This document shows, piece by piece, positions 62,688 to 64,000 of a stretch of DNA of 64,000 nucleotides (the stretch's first letter is position 1; every line of letters starts with the position of its first letter). The notes under the pieces were generated by a model. The model had not been told where the DNA came from. It did not search any database and worked only from the letters and a program-made list of their open reading frames with translations. Position numbers and translations under genes: made by a program. Source of the DNA: Gammaproteobacteria bacterium (lineage in GTDB: Bacteria > Pseudomonadota > Gammaproteobacteria > Eutrophobiales > Eutrophobiaceae); NCBI GenBank assembly GCA_963422205.2, contig CAXMWX010000005.1, positions 576,001 through 640,000 of the forward strand. Reading direction: 5' to 3'.

Positions 62688-62885
62688 TTATTGGGAGGAG
62701 ACGTACTGTGAGGAGGCGATGGCGGCGGTCAGGAAATTACGGGCATCGGCGGCGGCGGCCTTGTCGTTGGCCTTGCGCTTGTAGTTGGCAAACTGCGGGA
62801 TGGCAATGGCCGCCAGAATGCCGATGATGGCGATGACGATCATCAACTCGATCAGGGTGAAACCACGGGTTGGTTGGCGTATCAT
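62688..62885 (-). CDS. pilA: Second short type IV pilin (PilA-N-like, 57 aa mature)
   Basis: Same prepilin motif; mature residues 1-49 differ from the other copy at one position; different leader and tail. Confidence 0.85.
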   Translation of the reverse strand: MIRQPTRGFTLIELMIVIAIIGILAAIAIPQFANYKRKANDKAAAADARNFLTAAIASSQYVSSQ

Positions 62886-62917
62886 ATCAGCTCCCTCATC
62901 CGGTTAAGTGAAGTTGC

Positions 62918-62933
62918 AGCAATATTCATACCA
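62918..62933 (-). promoter_or_regulatory. Sigma-54 promoter for the second pilin
   Basis: Minus strand TGGTATGAATATTGCT, 14/16 identical to the first promoter. Confidence 0.7.
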
Positions 62934-62976
62934 TCAAACCCTGGTGGCCTTGTGTCCGGTGCGGCAGGGGATGGCC

Positions 62977-63540
62977 TCATAAGGGAAAGAGGACAATACG
63001 CACCATCATCGCCAACATGCTGGTCAGAATAGCCGCCAGCATCCATTTTATCCAGCGAAGATCGTTTCTCACCACGATCAACTCCTCACGTACCGTGGTA
63101 ATCTCGGCCTTTAGCTCCGTTCGTACCCCGGTAATCTCGTTATTTAGATCCGTCCGTACCCCGGTAATCTCAGCCTTTAGCTCCTCCCGTACCCCGGTAA
63201 TCTCGGCCTTTAGCTCCGTTCGTACCTCGGCAAGATCATCCTGGGTGGCCAGTTTGGCGACCTCGGCCTTTAGTTCAGCCCGGGTGACAAGATTGGCCAT
63301 CTCGGCCTTGAGTTCAGCCCGGGTGACAAGATTGGCCATCTCGGCCTTGAGTTCAGTTCGGGTGACAAGATTGGCCATCTCGGCCTTGATATCCTCCCGT
63401 ACCTCGGCGAGATCATCTTTGGTGGCCAGGTTGGCATCATAGGGGAAGGTGGCAAGCGATACGGCGGCAGCACGGGCCTTGTCCTCCGGCGTCCCGGCGG
63501 CGGTCAGCGCATCGTAGAGTTCGGCGTTCATAGTGCTCAT
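62977..63540 (-). CDS. CCDC90/DUF1640-like coiled-coil membrane protein with internal 39-bp and 33-bp tandem repeats
   Basis: ELYDAL..AG..EDKA head, LATKDDL neck, (L/I)KAEMANLVTR(A/T)E x3, LKAEITGVR(E/T)(E/D)-like x4, C-terminal TM. Confidence 0.82.
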   Translation of the reverse strand: MSTMNAELYDALTAAGTPEDKARAAAVSLATFPYDANLATKDDLAEVREDIKAEMANLVTRTELKAEMANLVTRAELKAEMANLVTRAELKAEVAKLATQDDLAEVRTELKAEITGVREELKAEITGVRTDLNNEITGVRTELKAEITTVREELIVVRNDLRWIKWMLAAILTSMLAMMVRIVLFPL

Positions 63541-63597
63541 GGCTGTAAGTCTAAGCGATATACTGGCTGCAAGGCAAGCAAAGGGGCGGTCAGGCGG

Positions 63598-64000
63598 TCA
63601 ATCCAGGCCCAGCTTCTCCAGACGATAGCGCAGGGCCCTGAGGGTGATGCCGAGTGATTTTGCTGTCGCCGTTTTATTCCATTTATGCCTCTCCAGCGCC
63701 TGCATAATCAGGTTTCTCTCCACATCAACCAGATAGGTGTCCAACTGCACCGTGGCGGCGGGTGTTTGCTTGCGATCAGGGGCGGCGGCAGGCGGGAGGG
63801 TATCGTTCTGAATATCGTTCTGGGAGTCAGCCGGGGATAATTTCAGATCGTGTACATGGATCATATTGCCATCACACAAGGTGGCCGCACGTTGCAGGAT
63901 GTTCTCCAGTTCGCGGATGTTGCCGGGGAAGGCATACGCGGCCAGCGAGGCGAGGGCATCCGGGTGTATCTGCACCGTGCTGGCTGACGGGCGGGTCAGA
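63598..64000 (-). CDS. pilR: Sigma-54-dependent activator, PilR-like, C-terminal part (runs off the right edge)
   Basis: Y.FPGNIRELEN; Fis-type HTH WNKTATAKSLGITLRALRYRLEKLG; adjacent to pilins. Confidence 0.82.
   Translation of the reverse strand, partial: LTRPSASTVQIHPDALASLAAYAFPGNIRELENILQRAATLCDGNMIHVHDLKLSPADSQNDIQNDTLPPAAAPDRKQTPAATVQLDTYLVDVERNLIMQALERHKWNKTATAKSLGITLRALRYRLEKLGLD

Noticed and set aside
62110-62885. Electrically conductive e-pili
   Set aside because: Aromatic residues are only 4/52 and 5/57 (F1, F24, Y27, F43, plus Y53 in one), with none at positions 32 or 50/51, and no multiheme cytochrome gene is in the window

Overview
Chromosomal window from what gene content suggests is a marine or environmental Gammaproteobacterium. 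In order: a nucleoside-scavenging block (partial TonB-dependent receptor, phoD, deoD, deoC, adenosine kinase, LOG); a TPP-riboswitch thiamine salvage operon; aldR-ald and phbB; an intact M.RsrI-like methyltransferase beside a frameshifted, truncated EcoRI/RsrI-type nuclease; and an 11.6-kb, 11-gene uncharacterised envelope operon. That operon has a MotA/ExbB-type proton channel, two ExbD-like membrane anchors fused to vWA domains, a degenerate Hsp70-fold/FHA-like protein, TPR and PEGA/FGE-sulfatase proteins and four lipoproteins. Next come an AT-richer catabolic island with a nonsense-broken TetR and a long housekeeping stretch (rlmD, cysM, rimI, leuA, pssA, ilvIHC, proS, hda, purM, trmJ, suhB). 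The window ends in a type IV pilin locus with Geobacter-like split pilin (two pilA-N copies, one pilA-C), an ABC module and three variable-length DUF1640/CCDC90-like genes, two of them bounded by 42-bp direct repeats. The best candidates for an undescribed system are the proton-channel/vWA operon (16271-27873) and the split-pilin locus (57897-64000). All family calls come from motif recognition by eye; no database searches were run.
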